From an uncultured virus (IMG/VR IMGVR_UViG_3300035698_022433) (taxonomy: Duplodnaviria > Heunggongvirae > Uroviricota > Caudoviricetes): a stretch of 64,000 nucleotides of DNA. Both the position numbers and the translations under genes were made by a program. The notes beneath the pieces were generated by a model. That model did no database searches and was not told the DNA's origin. It worked only from the letters and a program-made list of their open reading frames with translations. Within the stretch, counting starts at the first letter, position 1. Each line of letters opens with the position of its first letter. The stretch is taken from the IMG/VR virus record IMGVR_UViG_3300035698_022433, one strand, 5' to 3'. Positions 22,131 to 32,341 of this stretch are shown piece by piece.

Positions 22131-22874
22131 ATGCGGCGAAGTCTTAGTCAATCTGCAATAGGGATTTACAGAAGTTGTCCTTATGCATATAAATTGCATT
22201 ATGTGGATAGAAAACAATCAGTATTTTGGGACCCGAGTATTTTGGATGTTGGTAGCATAGCACATGACGTTCTTGATATTTATTACAAAAATTATTATTT
22301 AATGAGTGGAACACCAAATGACATTCTTGTGAAAACATATAATGTATTAAAAGAGAAGTGGGATATGTCATATTCTGTCGAACAATTTAAAAAAATATAC
22401 GAATGTCTTCAGAATCATGCTACGTGGGAGTCTGGCAATATCACTAATAAGATAGGTGTAAAACCATTAACTGAAATTAAAATTGAATCTGATGGGTTCT
22501 TTGGAATTATAGATTACGTTGATTTGGTAAATAGAAGAGTAATAGACTGGAAGACTGGAAAATGGCCAACTCTATCGTACACATATAGGATGCAAGCACA
22601 TGTTTATAAAAAATTGTTTGAAGGAAAATTTGGTGAAGAGTTAACACATTTTTATTTCTATTTTCTTCACTCCGGCGAGTTTAGGACAGTTAAGTATGAT
22701 ATGCCAAAGCAAAAAGAAGTTGGAGAAGCAGTTGAAACATTAAAGAATAGTATAAATGACAGCTTAATGTCAAATGATTTTCCAAAAAAACCACGAACAA
22801 AAAATGGATGTAAGTACTGCAGTTATAAGCTCTATTGCAAGTTTGGTGATAAAAATGTTCAAGAAGAGAACTAG
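22131..22874 (+). CDS. Cas4/AddB-like PD-(D/E)XK exonuclease with Fe-S cysteines
   Basis: LSQS....CP, G...H, GIIDYVD, IDWKTG, Q...Y, C-terminal CKYCSYKLYC. Confidence 0.88.
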   Translation: MRRSLSQSAIGIYRSCPYAYKLHYVDRKQSVFWDPSILDVGSIAHDVLDIYYKNYYLMSGTPNDILVKTYNVLKEKWDMSYSVEQFKKIYECLQNHATWESGNITNKIGVKPLTEIKIESDGFFGIIDYVDLVNRRVIDWKTGKWPTLSYTYRMQAHVYKKLFEGKFGEELTHFYFYFLHSGEFRTVKYDMPKQKEVGEAVETLKNSINDSLMSNDFPKKPRTKNGCKYCSYKLYCKFGDKNVQEEN

Positions 22875-23081
22875 AATACAAATTGCAAAGAAAGAAATGG
22901 ATGAAATAACCGAGAACATAAAATTGTTGAGAAACATAATAAAAATTCATGAGGGTGCAATATCATTAAATCAGAAATCAATGGGTAATATTGTATCAAG
23001 ACTTGAATGTGTTGAAAAGGAAAGTGAGACGAAAAAGAAGGATAAAAAAAGAGAAATTGAAATAAATGCTATTTATAGTTA

Positions 23082-23115
23082 AAAGTATTAAAAAAGTATA
23101 AAAGTTTATATACTT
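23082..23115 (+). promoter_or_regulatory. Archaeal-type BRE/TATA promoter preceded by AAAGTATTAAA motif
   Basis: aaagtattaaaaaagtataaaagtttatatact, about 30 nt upstream of ATG 23145. Confidence 0.6.
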
Positions 23116-23144
23116 ATAATATATTCATAAATTGAGACGAAAAC

Positions 23145-24089
23145 ATGCAACATTACTACAAAGCAAACAATACTGCGGATTTAGCAAAGAAAAACTTAGA
23201 GAATATTCTTGCAAATGGTATTTACGAGAAACGTCAAGTTGGTAACTGGTGTATGAAAGAAGATAAAGTTGAGGAACTTATTGAAACATATGGTGTTACA
23301 TTTGAGCTTACAAATCCTCAAAATTGCATAACGACACAACATTGCCTTGGTGTTGAAATTGAGACTGAAGATTACATATTGGGATTAAATCCTGGATTTG
23401 TCCATAAATCACCTTGGTCTTTTTACAAACAATGGATAAAAGAAGATGGAAAATATCACTATACATATGGTGAACGTGGTGGAAAACATATTTTTGATGT
23501 TATTGACAAACTTAAGAAAGAACCAACAACACGACAATGTGTAGTTACTCTTTTTGACACTTCTAAAGATTTTAATGAAAAGTTTGTTCCATGCACGACG
23601 CAGTGGGTTTTTTATATTTCACAGGGTAAGCTTCATATGATTACGACAATGAGAAGTCAGGATGCATGTCGTGGATTTTTTTTGGATACGTTTGCATATC
23701 CATTGATACAACAAATAGTTGCACAGCATTTAGATATTCCAATGGGAACATATAAACATATTATTTTCAATTCACATATTTATAAAGATGATATTGATTT
23801 TGCAAAGCGTATTCTTAAAAATATAAACAATGAGAGGCCATTAATAATTGATAAAATAACAAAAGATAATATGGAGACAATGAAATTAGTATCAAATTGG
23901 ATTTTTGATATGCATGATACAGTAAAAGCACAAGAAATTGCACATGCATTACCACAATTTTGGTATGGTTGGAAATGCAACCAAATTATATATGAGTATA
24001 CGAAACACATGCAAAAAGATCCGGTACCTGTTGAATTGACATGTATCGGTCCGGTCATAAATGTATTGCCAGGGAAGAAAACATTATGA
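23145..24089 (+). CDS. Thymidylate-synthase-fold enzyme, likely dCMP hydroxymethylase/methylase
   Basis: YTYGER, TRQ, VPC catalytic Cys, MRSQDACRGFFLD (Asp at the TS Asn177 position), SHIY. Confidence 0.8.
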   Translation: MQHYYKANNTADLAKKNLENILANGIYEKRQVGNWCMKEDKVEELIETYGVTFELTNPQNCITTQHCLGVEIETEDYILGLNPGFVHKSPWSFYKQWIKEDGKYHYTYGERGGKHIFDVIDKLKKEPTTRQCVVTLFDTSKDFNEKFVPCTTQWVFYISQGKLHMITTMRSQDACRGFFLDTFAYPLIQQIVAQHLDIPMGTYKHIIFNSHIYKDDIDFAKRILKNINNERPLIIDKITKDNMETMKLVSNWIFDMHDTVKAQEIAHALPQFWYGWKCNQIIYEYTKHMQKDPVPVELTCIGPVINVLPGKKTL

Positions 24090-25633
24090 AATGGAAGGAA
24101 TTTAAAAAAGATTGTAGATTTCTAGTTCACATCTTACTTGCTAATAACATAACGTTCAAATGGGCAGTATTCAAATTGAGTTTTGATTGTTTACTTTGGG
24201 ACTTGCGTGGTCTCCAAAGTTGTCCATATCATGGTTCTCATGCTCAAAATTTGTGGAATGGTTACTGCAAAAAATGTGGAGAGATACCTGTTCTTCCACC
24301 AATTGAAGCATCATGCATATTTTGTAGTAAGGAAAAGGCAGTTTTACAGAGAGCATCACCAAATTATAATGATAAGGATATCTGGAGTCTTTGTTGGGAA
24401 TGTGACCAGTACATCACTTGGAGTTTCGAACTTTCATGGTGTCGACAAGCAGAAGATATGGGATTGAAAGGTAAAATGGTAAAACCATTTGATAAGTGGC
24501 TCTTTGATAAATATCAAGTTTATCCCAAAGGCGAGTATGTTTCAGCTGTTTTTAGGAAGATAGAAAATGAATGAATTGTCAATTGAAGAGGAAATGTTAG
24601 CTGAAGAAGAAGAAATATTAGTTGAAGAAGAAGTATTTGTTGATTTATACAATAGTGGTTTAACACATGTTGAGTTGCAATCCGTTTTTAATTGTGGAAG
24701 AACAAGAATTAGCGCGTTTACTAAAAGACTTGGGTTGAAAAGAGAAAAACCAAAACCTGATTTTAGTTTTCGTTGTGGGACAGATACAAAAGGTAAGTTT
24801 AAATTGGGTAAAATAAAAGGTACAAAACTAAAAAAGTGTCGTAATCCGGACTGTGATTTTTATTATTACGGTCAAAAAAGAGATAGGTATTGTTGTAAAA
24901 AATGTGCTGTTCATGTAAGTAATTTAAGATATGAAGAATATCGAAGGTATTGGGTTGCTACGCATAAAGAACGCGTGAAAGAATACGAAAGAAAAAGAAG
25001 GTTGAAAAAATTAGAGAGTGTATAGTGTGGTAAAAAAAGAAAGATTGTTTACAAAGAGAGAGTGGATTCATATGGCAATAGTTGTTGTTATAATGATAAT
25101 GTCAATATTTGCTGGTATGTCAGTTTACATGTTTTTTGTATATGGGTATATTTATTTGTTTCCGGATTATGGGTTTCTTACTATTGTTAATATTGGCGGA
25201 ATAGTCATAATGTTTTATGTAACAATGAAGATATATCGTTTCTTTTTGCATCTCTACAGGCAATATAGGGAATTATTTAGATTTGATAGTGCTGTAAAAA
25301 AAAGATTTAATCATGTTGTAAAGACAAAACCTTTCGAAGTAAAGGAAATGAAAATTAAAACACCAGATAAAGATTGGATAAAGGAGAAAAAATCATGAAA
25401 AAAGAAATAATGGAAAAAGCGAAACAATGGCTTGAAAAAGAGTATGGCAAACGATGTGCTGTTATGACGTACGGTTGTCCTGTTTGCGAGATGTGGATGG
25501 CGTTTGATAGATTGTTTGCGGATGTTGATGCCGAATATTCTTGGCCAGATGATGTAAATATTATAGCAGATGATGAGTATCATAAACAAGGGAAAAGATT
25601 ACGGCAAACAACGTTAGATGAATTTGTGAAAAA

Positions 25634-26035
25634 ATGAAAACTATTTATATTGCAGGAACATTTGCCGATGCAGACAAAATTGATAATTTGAAAAAAATCA
25701 TAGAAGAAAAAACCGATTATACTGTTCCATGTGTTTGGTGGAAGAAAAATGCAAAGGAATTTGAACCGGAAGACGTTGGTTCATGGTTTGATTTAGATGA
25801 AGTACATGAATTCTTTCACCGAGATATTGATGCGATTAAAGAGTGCGATATTTTCCTGATTAAATTTTCAATAAAGAAGAAACTCTATGGTGCATTAATA
25901 GAACTTGGATATGCATATGGCATTGGAAAGAAAACGGTCGGAGTTGGACCAAAGGAAAAAAGTTGTATGATATTATCAGTTAATGAATGGTATCATGGAA
26001 TAGATGATTTAATAGATGCGCTAAAGAAGGAGTAG
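25634..26035 (+). CDS. Nucleoside 2-deoxyribosyltransferase/nucleotide N-hydrolase family
   Basis: IYIAG, RDIDAIKECD, GALIELGYAYGIGK. Confidence 0.82.
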   Translation: MKTIYIAGTFADADKIDNLKKIIEEKTDYTVPCVWWKKNAKEFEPEDVGSWFDLDEVHEFFHRDIDAIKECDIFLIKFSIKKKLYGALIELGYAYGIGKKTVGVGPKEKSCMILSVNEWYHGIDDLIDALKKE

Positions 26036-26037
26036 AG

Positions 26038-26313
26038 ATGTTGGTAGGAAAAAAACGTAAAAATGAAGTTAACAGAGGAAAGACATGCAAAGTACATGGT
26101 TGTAGTTTTACTGCACGAACAAAAGGATATTGTACAAATTGTTATACTAAAAATTATCAAAAGAAAATGACCTATGCGGAATCAGGTGTAAATGTAGAGA
26201 GAGAAGAAATTGCAATAAAGGGGATTCTTTCTGATATTAAAAAACAAAGAAAAAATGTTTGTGCAACTCATGGTGGGCATTATGCGGGAATGATAGAATT
26301 TGATGAGGTATAA
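26038..26313 (+). CDS. Small chimeric ORF ending in a PurM N-terminal-like fragment
   Basis: From 26167: MTYAESGVNVEREEIAIKGIL...GGHYAGMIEF, then stop. Confidence 0.55.
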   Translation: MLVGKKRKNEVNRGKTCKVHGCSFTARTKGYCTNCYTKNYQKKMTYAESGVNVEREEIAIKGILSDIKKQRKNVCATHGGHYAGMIEFDEV

Positions 26314-26326
26314 AAGTAGTGGTAAA

Positions 26327-26779
26327 ATGAAATTCCCAGAGAAATATATTAAAAGAGGTCAATACAAACTCCACAGCGGAGAAATGACAGGGGTCTTCTA
26401 TGATGTGAATGCTATGCTAACAAATAGAGAACAACTATTTAAAATAACAGAATTCATTACTGGTCACAAAGTTGGTGATGATAAACTGTATATTGGAAAA
26501 CCGCTTTTTGATACTTATGTAGGAATAGCAACAGGTGGTGCGATAATTGCAGGATATTGCGGAATATTTATGAACAGTAATTGGGCTATGGTAAAGGATG
26601 GAGAACTCAAAGGAGAAGTAGGAAATCGATTTTGTCTTATAGATGATGTAGTTACCACAGAAGGTAGTTTTGTGGATGCTATCGATGTAATAGGAAGAGA
26701 GGCGGAGAAATATCTTGTTGTAGTAGACCGAAGAAAAGGGCAGAAATTTATGGATATTAGTAGTATGTATGAGGTATAA
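26327..26779 (+). CDS. Type I phosphoribosyltransferase (orotate PRTase-like)
   Basis: G.YKLHSG....FYD, GIATGG, PRPP-binding LIDDVVTTEGS, VVDR. Confidence 0.82.
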   Translation: MKFPEKYIKRGQYKLHSGEMTGVFYDVNAMLTNREQLFKITEFITGHKVGDDKLYIGKPLFDTYVGIATGGAIIAGYCGIFMNSNWAMVKDGELKGEVGNRFCLIDDVVTTEGSFVDAIDVIGREAEKYLVVVDRRKGQKFMDISSMYEV

Positions 26780-27874
26780 GAATGACATATTTTTACTGTT
26801 GTAATAAAAGATATTGGATTGAAGCAAATACAATTAATCCACAATGTTCAGTCTGTGGAAAAAAGTTTGAGATTGATGAATAAGGGGCATAAAAATGGAA
26901 AAAGACAAATTTGAAATGAAGGCAGAACATTTAAAGCTACTACAACGATTTACTGTTGGTTGGCAAGATTGTGAATTCGGAGCACCTGAGATAGACCCGA
27001 AAAAACCTTATGGTGATTCTAGTGTTTATCAAGATATGCTTGAAGTACTTGGTTTTGAAACGCTTAAGGATGGCATATACAAATTTAAACTTTTTGGAAA
27101 AGAGTGGTTGTTAAAAGGTGAAGATGAATATAATATATATCTTGAGGGTGCCGATGAAGAAAAGCTGATTGATGAATTAGATAAGCTTCACAAAGAAACT
27201 GAAATAGCATTACAAATATGTTTAGACACACAATCATTTGAAACAGGTAATTATGAAGCAGAGAAATATAGTAGTAGTTGGAAGAAAATAAAGGAGGACT
27301 AAAAATGGAAAGGATAAAATTTCAAGGTGATTTAACATATTCTATTAAAACATTGATAGAAATGAATAGTACATATAAAAATATAATAAAAGAAAAAATG
27401 AGAGAGATTGAACGAATAAAAAAGAGTATTAAAGAGAATGAATCTAGAATAAATTCGGGTTCAATTCCACTTACTTTATAAGAAATATAATGGATGGTGA
27501 AATAAAATGAAAAAAGAAACGAAAAAGAAATTGAAAAAAGTATATAATCCATGGGCTAAGAAAGGAAGGGAAGATGCAGATGGTATGTTTGCTTGTTACA
27601 GTGGTGCTCTTGCAATGGAAAATAATGATAAAAGAAAATATAAATATAATTCAATTAATGATGCAGTTGCAGCAAGTAATAGATTTGTTCATAATATACC
27701 GAGAGATAAATCATCAAATATTACTTCTAACAATCAACAGGGATTTTGTAATAAGTGGAAGGATGATAGGGGAGTAAAATATACTAGTGACAGGCCATCA
27801 TTACAAGTACCAACAGATAAAAAGACAATGAAAAAGAAACTTATTGCGTTAATTGAGAATGATGAGGTATTTTA

Positions 27875-28552
27875 ATGAAAAACAAAAATGAAGAGAAGCA
27901 ACAAGTAATAGATGCAGGGAATATTTTTAGAAAAAAAGCTGTTGTTTCTATTGAGCTGGAAAATATTTATGGTGGTGATGGCCAAATAAGATATGAGAAG
28001 ATGACTAAAAAAGTACTTGAGAGAACAAAAAGTAGAAGCAAGAAAAAAGAACATCTTAATGAACAGATAAATAGAAAAGAAAGTGAAATAAGAACAGAAG
28101 AAATAATAGAACCAATAAAAACATTCGAGGAAAAAAATGGTTTGCCGTATTTTCCAATAGGAAGAAAAACACTTGGTGTTATTAAACAAGCAACTAAAAA
28201 TTATGCTCGAATAAAGCATCCGTTGTTTCCATCAATCTCATTTGGAAATGATTTTATGACAATGATAAATGTTGAACCTGATTATGTAATATTGTCTAAT
28301 AAGAAAAATTGGAAAAATAATAGTAATTATGAGTTAAAAGAATCTGCACAACAAATGAACGCACTAGGAAATCCAATGATAGTTCTTTATTATGATTGTA
28401 TTAGGAATGTTAAAACAAAAATTACTGTAAAATATCCATCAACTTTTGAGAAGCAAATAGTAGCGTTAATAAATATTTTGCCAACAATGCGTATGTTTAA
28501 TAGAAAAGCTACTAGTATGAAAATAAATGGTGTTAAATATGATAAAGAGTGA
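27875..28552 (+). CDS. Putative solitary Cas7/RAMP-like RNA-binding protein
   Basis: Strand AVVSIELE then IYGG, long charged insert, TF...NGLPYFP....LGVIKQA (cf. PYIPGSSLKG), INVEPD, thumb-like segment ending YYDCI, strand-helix C-terminus. The Gly-rich loop is absent. Confidence 0.5.
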   Translation: MKNKNEEKQQVIDAGNIFRKKAVVSIELENIYGGDGQIRYEKMTKKVLERTKSRSKKKEHLNEQINRKESEIRTEEIIEPIKTFEEKNGLPYFPIGRKTLGVIKQATKNYARIKHPLFPSISFGNDFMTMINVEPDYVILSNKKNWKNNSNYELKESAQQMNALGNPMIVLYYDCIRNVKTKITVKYPSTFEKQIVALINILPTMRMFNRKATSMKINGVKYDKE

Positions 28553-28811
28553 AAAAGTGGCCGAAGAATGGTATAATAAAAAATTTGGAATATTATTAGA
28601 AAAAAATGGTTGGCCAGATAGGTGGAGTAAAGATGAATTTAATAAGTTATTAGCAGTGGAAATTAAATACAATAGAGATGATTTAACGGATGAGCAAATG
28701 TTTATAAGAAATTTGTTGATTAAAGAAGGTATTCATTATCAATTAATTCGTGTTTCTAAAGACTATAAGGAGGTTAAGATAATATTCGATAGTAATAAGC
28801 ATAATGTTTAG
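28539..28811 (+). CDS. VRR-NUC-like PD-(D/E)XK nuclease
   Basis: GWPD...LLAVEIK...DLTDEQ......L...G motif order. Confidence 0.7.
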   Translation: MIKSEKVAEEWYNKKFGILLEKNGWPDRWSKDEFNKLLAVEIKYNRDDLTDEQMFIRNLLIKEGIHYQLIRVSKDYKEVKIIFDSNKHNV

Positions 28812-28826
28812 ATTTAATTGTTTATG

Positions 28827-28982
28827 TTCAAGCCATTCAAGATCAGTTTAGACTTCAGGTCACATTAGACCGAGATATATTACTTAAAATTGAAATATAA
28901 TATGCTTACCAGTTCAAATCGAACTATTCCAGATTAGCACAAACCATAACAGTACAGGACAATCCAGAACAATACAAGTTAA
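28827..28982 (+). repeat. Phased pentamer tract (NN-YAR), non-coding, candidate guide/scaffold RNA
   Basis: 28908-28982: accag ttcaa atcga actat tccag attag cacaa accat aacag tacag gacaa tccag aacaa tacaa gttaa. Looser phased runs at 28827-28851 and 28854-28903. Confidence 0.75.
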
Positions 28983-28996
28983 TTGGGGAATATAAT

Positions 28997-29806
28997 ATGA
29001 TAGAAATAATTGGAAAACCAAGAAATTCAGAATGCAATAAAACAAATCTTAGTATAGATAGAGCATTAGAAAGAAAAATCATACACAGAGATTACCTTGG
29101 TCATATGCTTCGTTGGACACATGCTATGAAACATATGCGAGATGGTTATAATATTCTTGATGTTGGGTGTGCTGATGCACCATTAGCTCAGGTATTATAT
29201 ACAAATAGATTCAATAAGTGTAATTACACAGGCGTTGACATTAGAACAACAGAACTTGAAAAGGCTGATAAACGAAAACTTAAAAATAAACCACGTTTAA
29301 TACAAATGGATATCACTAAAGATAAAATGCCAGTTGAAGATGAATGGGCTAATATCGTAACATGTTTTGAGGTTGCCGAACACATTCCAGAAAGTAGTCT
29401 TGATTTTGTTTTGAGTGAATTACAACGTTGTGTCAAACCAGATGGAAAGGTATTGTTGTCAACACCAAACTACGACGGAAAAAATCAAGCAAGCAATCAT
29501 GTTATTGAATATACGGAGAAGCAGCTTCGCAAATATCTTGAAAAATACTTTGTTGTAGAAAAACAATTTGGAACATTCGCATCACAAAAAGACATTAAAC
29601 CAGTTTTGACAGATGAAGAGAAAAAACTTTGGGATAAACTTAGAGAATATTATGATGTCAATATGTTTTCGGTGTTGTTCGCACCCATTTATCCGTTAGC
29701 TAGTAGGAACATACTTTGGGTATTAGAAAAAAAGAGAACCAAAAAAACAAAAGTTATTGCAAATGATACTAAAGTAAAAAATGATAAAAATATGTGGGAG
29801 ATGTAA
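28997..29806 (+). CDS. Class I SAM-dependent methyltransferase (phage-type, HRDY..H..RW)
   Basis: ILDVGCAD, YTGVDI, FEVAEH, LSTPNY. Confidence 0.82.
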   Translation: MIEIIGKPRNSECNKTNLSIDRALERKIIHRDYLGHMLRWTHAMKHMRDGYNILDVGCADAPLAQVLYTNRFNKCNYTGVDIRTTELEKADKRKLKNKPRLIQMDITKDKMPVEDEWANIVTCFEVAEHIPESSLDFVLSELQRCVKPDGKVLLSTPNYDGKNQASNHVIEYTEKQLRKYLEKYFVVEKQFGTFASQKDIKPVLTDEEKKLWDKLREYYDVNMFSVLFAPIYPLASRNILWVLEKKRTKKTKVIANDTKVKNDKNMWEM

Positions 29807-30287
29807 AATGGTTAAAAAAGGAGACACAATTGATGATGTCATCAAATACGTAATATTTCGTGTAAAACATCTAAGGCTTGAAAGACAGAAGGTACCGTTT
29901 ACTGTCGAAAAATTAAAACGCGGAAAAGCAAGTGAAAAATTATCAGCGAGAATATTAGAACTTGAGCACATGAAGAAAGTATTACATGAAGATATCAAAG
30001 AACATGGAAAATATGAATGGAGAAAAGTGCAACATCTCGAGAAAATGAAAATTGATGCATTGAAAAAAGGAGAATGATGCAGTATCTAAAACTCAAGCGA
30101 ATAAAGCGAAAATCAGATATGCCTGACCGAGTTAAGATTCATACTATTGCACATGTGTATTTGAATGGAGATAAATTTAAGATATATGTTGGAAAACATG
30201 AATCATTTTGTCATTCAACAGAAATGTATATGCAGAATGTGATGAATGGAAAATGGTATGTATTGGAAAATGAAAAGAGTGATAAAT

Positions 30288-30914
30288 ATGAACTGGAGTA
30301 ATTTACACAAGGAAATGTACGCGTGCAATAAGTGTACTAGATATCAAACTAGACAAATAAATTCTTGTTTTTTTGGTTTTGGTAATTTAAATGCGAATCT
30401 TCTTTTATGCGGTGAAGGGCCTGGATTTCAAAAACGTGTTTTAGACTGTATGACATTTAGTTCTAATCGAAGCGGCGATTTCTTGTTAGATATTATGGCA
30501 CGTAATAAATTACATTTTGGTAATTCATATTTAACTAATGTTGTAAAATGCCAAAAAAAGGATAATGAAAAACCAAGTGTATCTGAAATCAACATATGTC
30601 ATCATTTTTTGGATGAAGAAGTTAAATTAGTAAAACCTTTACTCATAGTTTGTATTGGCGGAGTTGCATTACAGTATTTCACAAAAACGACAAGTGTATC
30701 ACAATTTATTGGAAAATACACAACACGAAAAGATGGAATTGTTGTAACCGCAATATATCATCCGGCATATATTCTCCGTAAAGGCGGTGAGAAAATGACA
30801 TCGCCATTTTATAAAGACTATGACAAAAGCTTTAAATTCATAATAAAGTTACTAGATTACTTGAAAAAGAAAAAAGTAAACAAAAAATCAAATGTTGAGC
30901 ACTGGTTAGAATGA
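30288..30914 (+). CDS. Uracil-DNA glycosylase family 4/5 (Fe-S)
   Basis: CNKC, GEGPG, SG, YLTNVVKC, P...EI..C, YHPAY. Confidence 0.88.
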   Translation: MNWSNLHKEMYACNKCTRYQTRQINSCFFGFGNLNANLLLCGEGPGFQKRVLDCMTFSSNRSGDFLLDIMARNKLHFGNSYLTNVVKCQKKDNEKPSVSEINICHHFLDEEVKLVKPLLIVCIGGVALQYFTKTTSVSQFIGKYTTRKDGIVVTAIYHPAYILRKGGEKMTSPFYKDYDKSFKFIIKLLDYLKKKKVNKKSNVEHWLE

Positions 30915-31097
30915 TAATAGATATAGTATTGATAATAACAATTGGTATGATTGCTACTGCATTGGTATTTTCACATATAGTGTGTTACCATCATGGAAAA
31001 TATAAAGCATACACACACGCATTAGGAATGTTCGAGGAATTTGGAAATAAATTTAAAGAAATAGTTGAGCACGAGGAAAATGAAAAAAATTAAGAAT

Positions 31098-31247
31098 CAT
31101 CACTACTCATTGGAGGAAGCGGTTGTGATGATAGGGTTGTTCTGTCCCTCTATATCGCCGCTCCTCCCACTTCCAGTCACTACACATGGGAGGGGTCGGT
31201 AGTAGTGATGGGTTTATAGCCCCCAATTTCACCGCCCTCCTATCTCC
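31098..31247 (+). ncRNA. Tandem pair of related GC-rich structured elements (77-nt period)
   Basis: Units begin TCACTAC(t/a)CAT(t/g)GGAGG at 31100 and 31177. Each closes with CCGC(t)CCTCC. Intergenic. Confidence 0.5.
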
Positions 31248-31455
31248 TATAACTGAGGTAAAAAAATGAAAGTAAGACCATTTACAATAGCATTCCTAGC
31301 GGGTTTCATAAATATCGTGCCGTTGATGATAAATATAAAATTTAGCAACTTTTATATTATCCCAGTTAATGTAGGTGCTATGATAGTATGTTGGTTTGTT
31401 GCATATAGGATATATAAAATGGAAGATACATTGGAAAGAATAAAGAAAAAGTACA

Positions 31456-31908
31456 ATGAATTTGGGTAGTAAAATGAAAGAATTCAAATTGAAAGTAAAG
31501 AAATTGAAACCAAATGGAAGAATAGATCTACCAGCAAAAAGAAATGATGCTGGTCATGATGTTTATGCAACAACAAGTGTTGAGCTAAAACCAGGAGAAA
31601 GATATGCGATGCCGCTTGGAATAGCAATGGAATTTCCTGAAGGATATGTTTGTATTGTTACTGATAAATCAGGAATTGCAAACAAATATGGATTACACAG
31701 TATTGGTGCAATTGTAGACAATTGTTATAGAGGAGAAATACATTGTATATTAGTTAATTCTAGTAATGAACAAGTATGCGTTAATAAAGGACAGAAAATT
31801 GCTCAGTTAATTTTTTATCGATGTTTCACTACAAATGAAATAGAATATGTTGATGAATTGTCTGAAACAAGCCGAAATATAGGAAGGTTTGGAAGCACAG
31901 GAATGTGA
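31456..31908 (+). CDS. dut: Trimeric dUTPase
   Basis: DAGHD, DKSG, AIVDNCYRGEI, KIAQL, R..GRFGSTG. Confidence 0.92.
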   Translation: MNLGSKMKEFKLKVKKLKPNGRIDLPAKRNDAGHDVYATTSVELKPGERYAMPLGIAMEFPEGYVCIVTDKSGIANKYGLHSIGAIVDNCYRGEIHCILVNSSNEQVCVNKGQKIAQLIFYRCFTTNEIEYVDELSETSRNIGRFGSTGM

Positions 31909-31912
31909 TAGT

Positions 31913-32341
31913 ATGAGAAGAAAGAAAAATAAAGAAGTAGTAGAAGAAGTTAAGGCAGCAAAACCACGACTAAAAACACAATCAGAACCACAAGCACCAG
32001 AAAGACCATATATTGTGCTTGAACAACCCCACGGCGACATAGAACAATTTTATTTGGAAGCTCTTGCAAAAGCACATGCGATAAAATGTGAAAAAGCGGT
32101 TGACTACAATTCCGGGCGAATAACACGCGAGGATTATTATCTCTATGAGGAAAAGAGCATAATCAATGAAATATGGAAAAAAGTTCTTCGTTTAGTAAGT
32201 CTGCATGATTTAGAGACAGAGCCGTTAAATGAATCAATTGAAGACAATATTTTAGATTTGTTAAATTATTGTGCTGATTTATATTCATATAAGCGATGGA
32301 AAGAGGAAATGTATTATGCCCAAACAGGACACGAAGAGTAA
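31913..32341 (+). CDS. DUF1599/nucleotide-modification-associated domain 1 (all-alpha NTP pyrophosphatase-like)
   Basis: K..DY, K..RL, NESIEDNILDLLNY. Confidence 0.7.
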   Translation: MRRKKNKEVVEEVKAAKPRLKTQSEPQAPERPYIVLEQPHGDIEQFYLEALAKAHAIKCEKAVDYNSGRITREDYYLYEEKSIINEIWKKVLRLVSLHDLETEPLNESIEDNILDLLNYCADLYSYKRWKEEMYYAQTGHEE

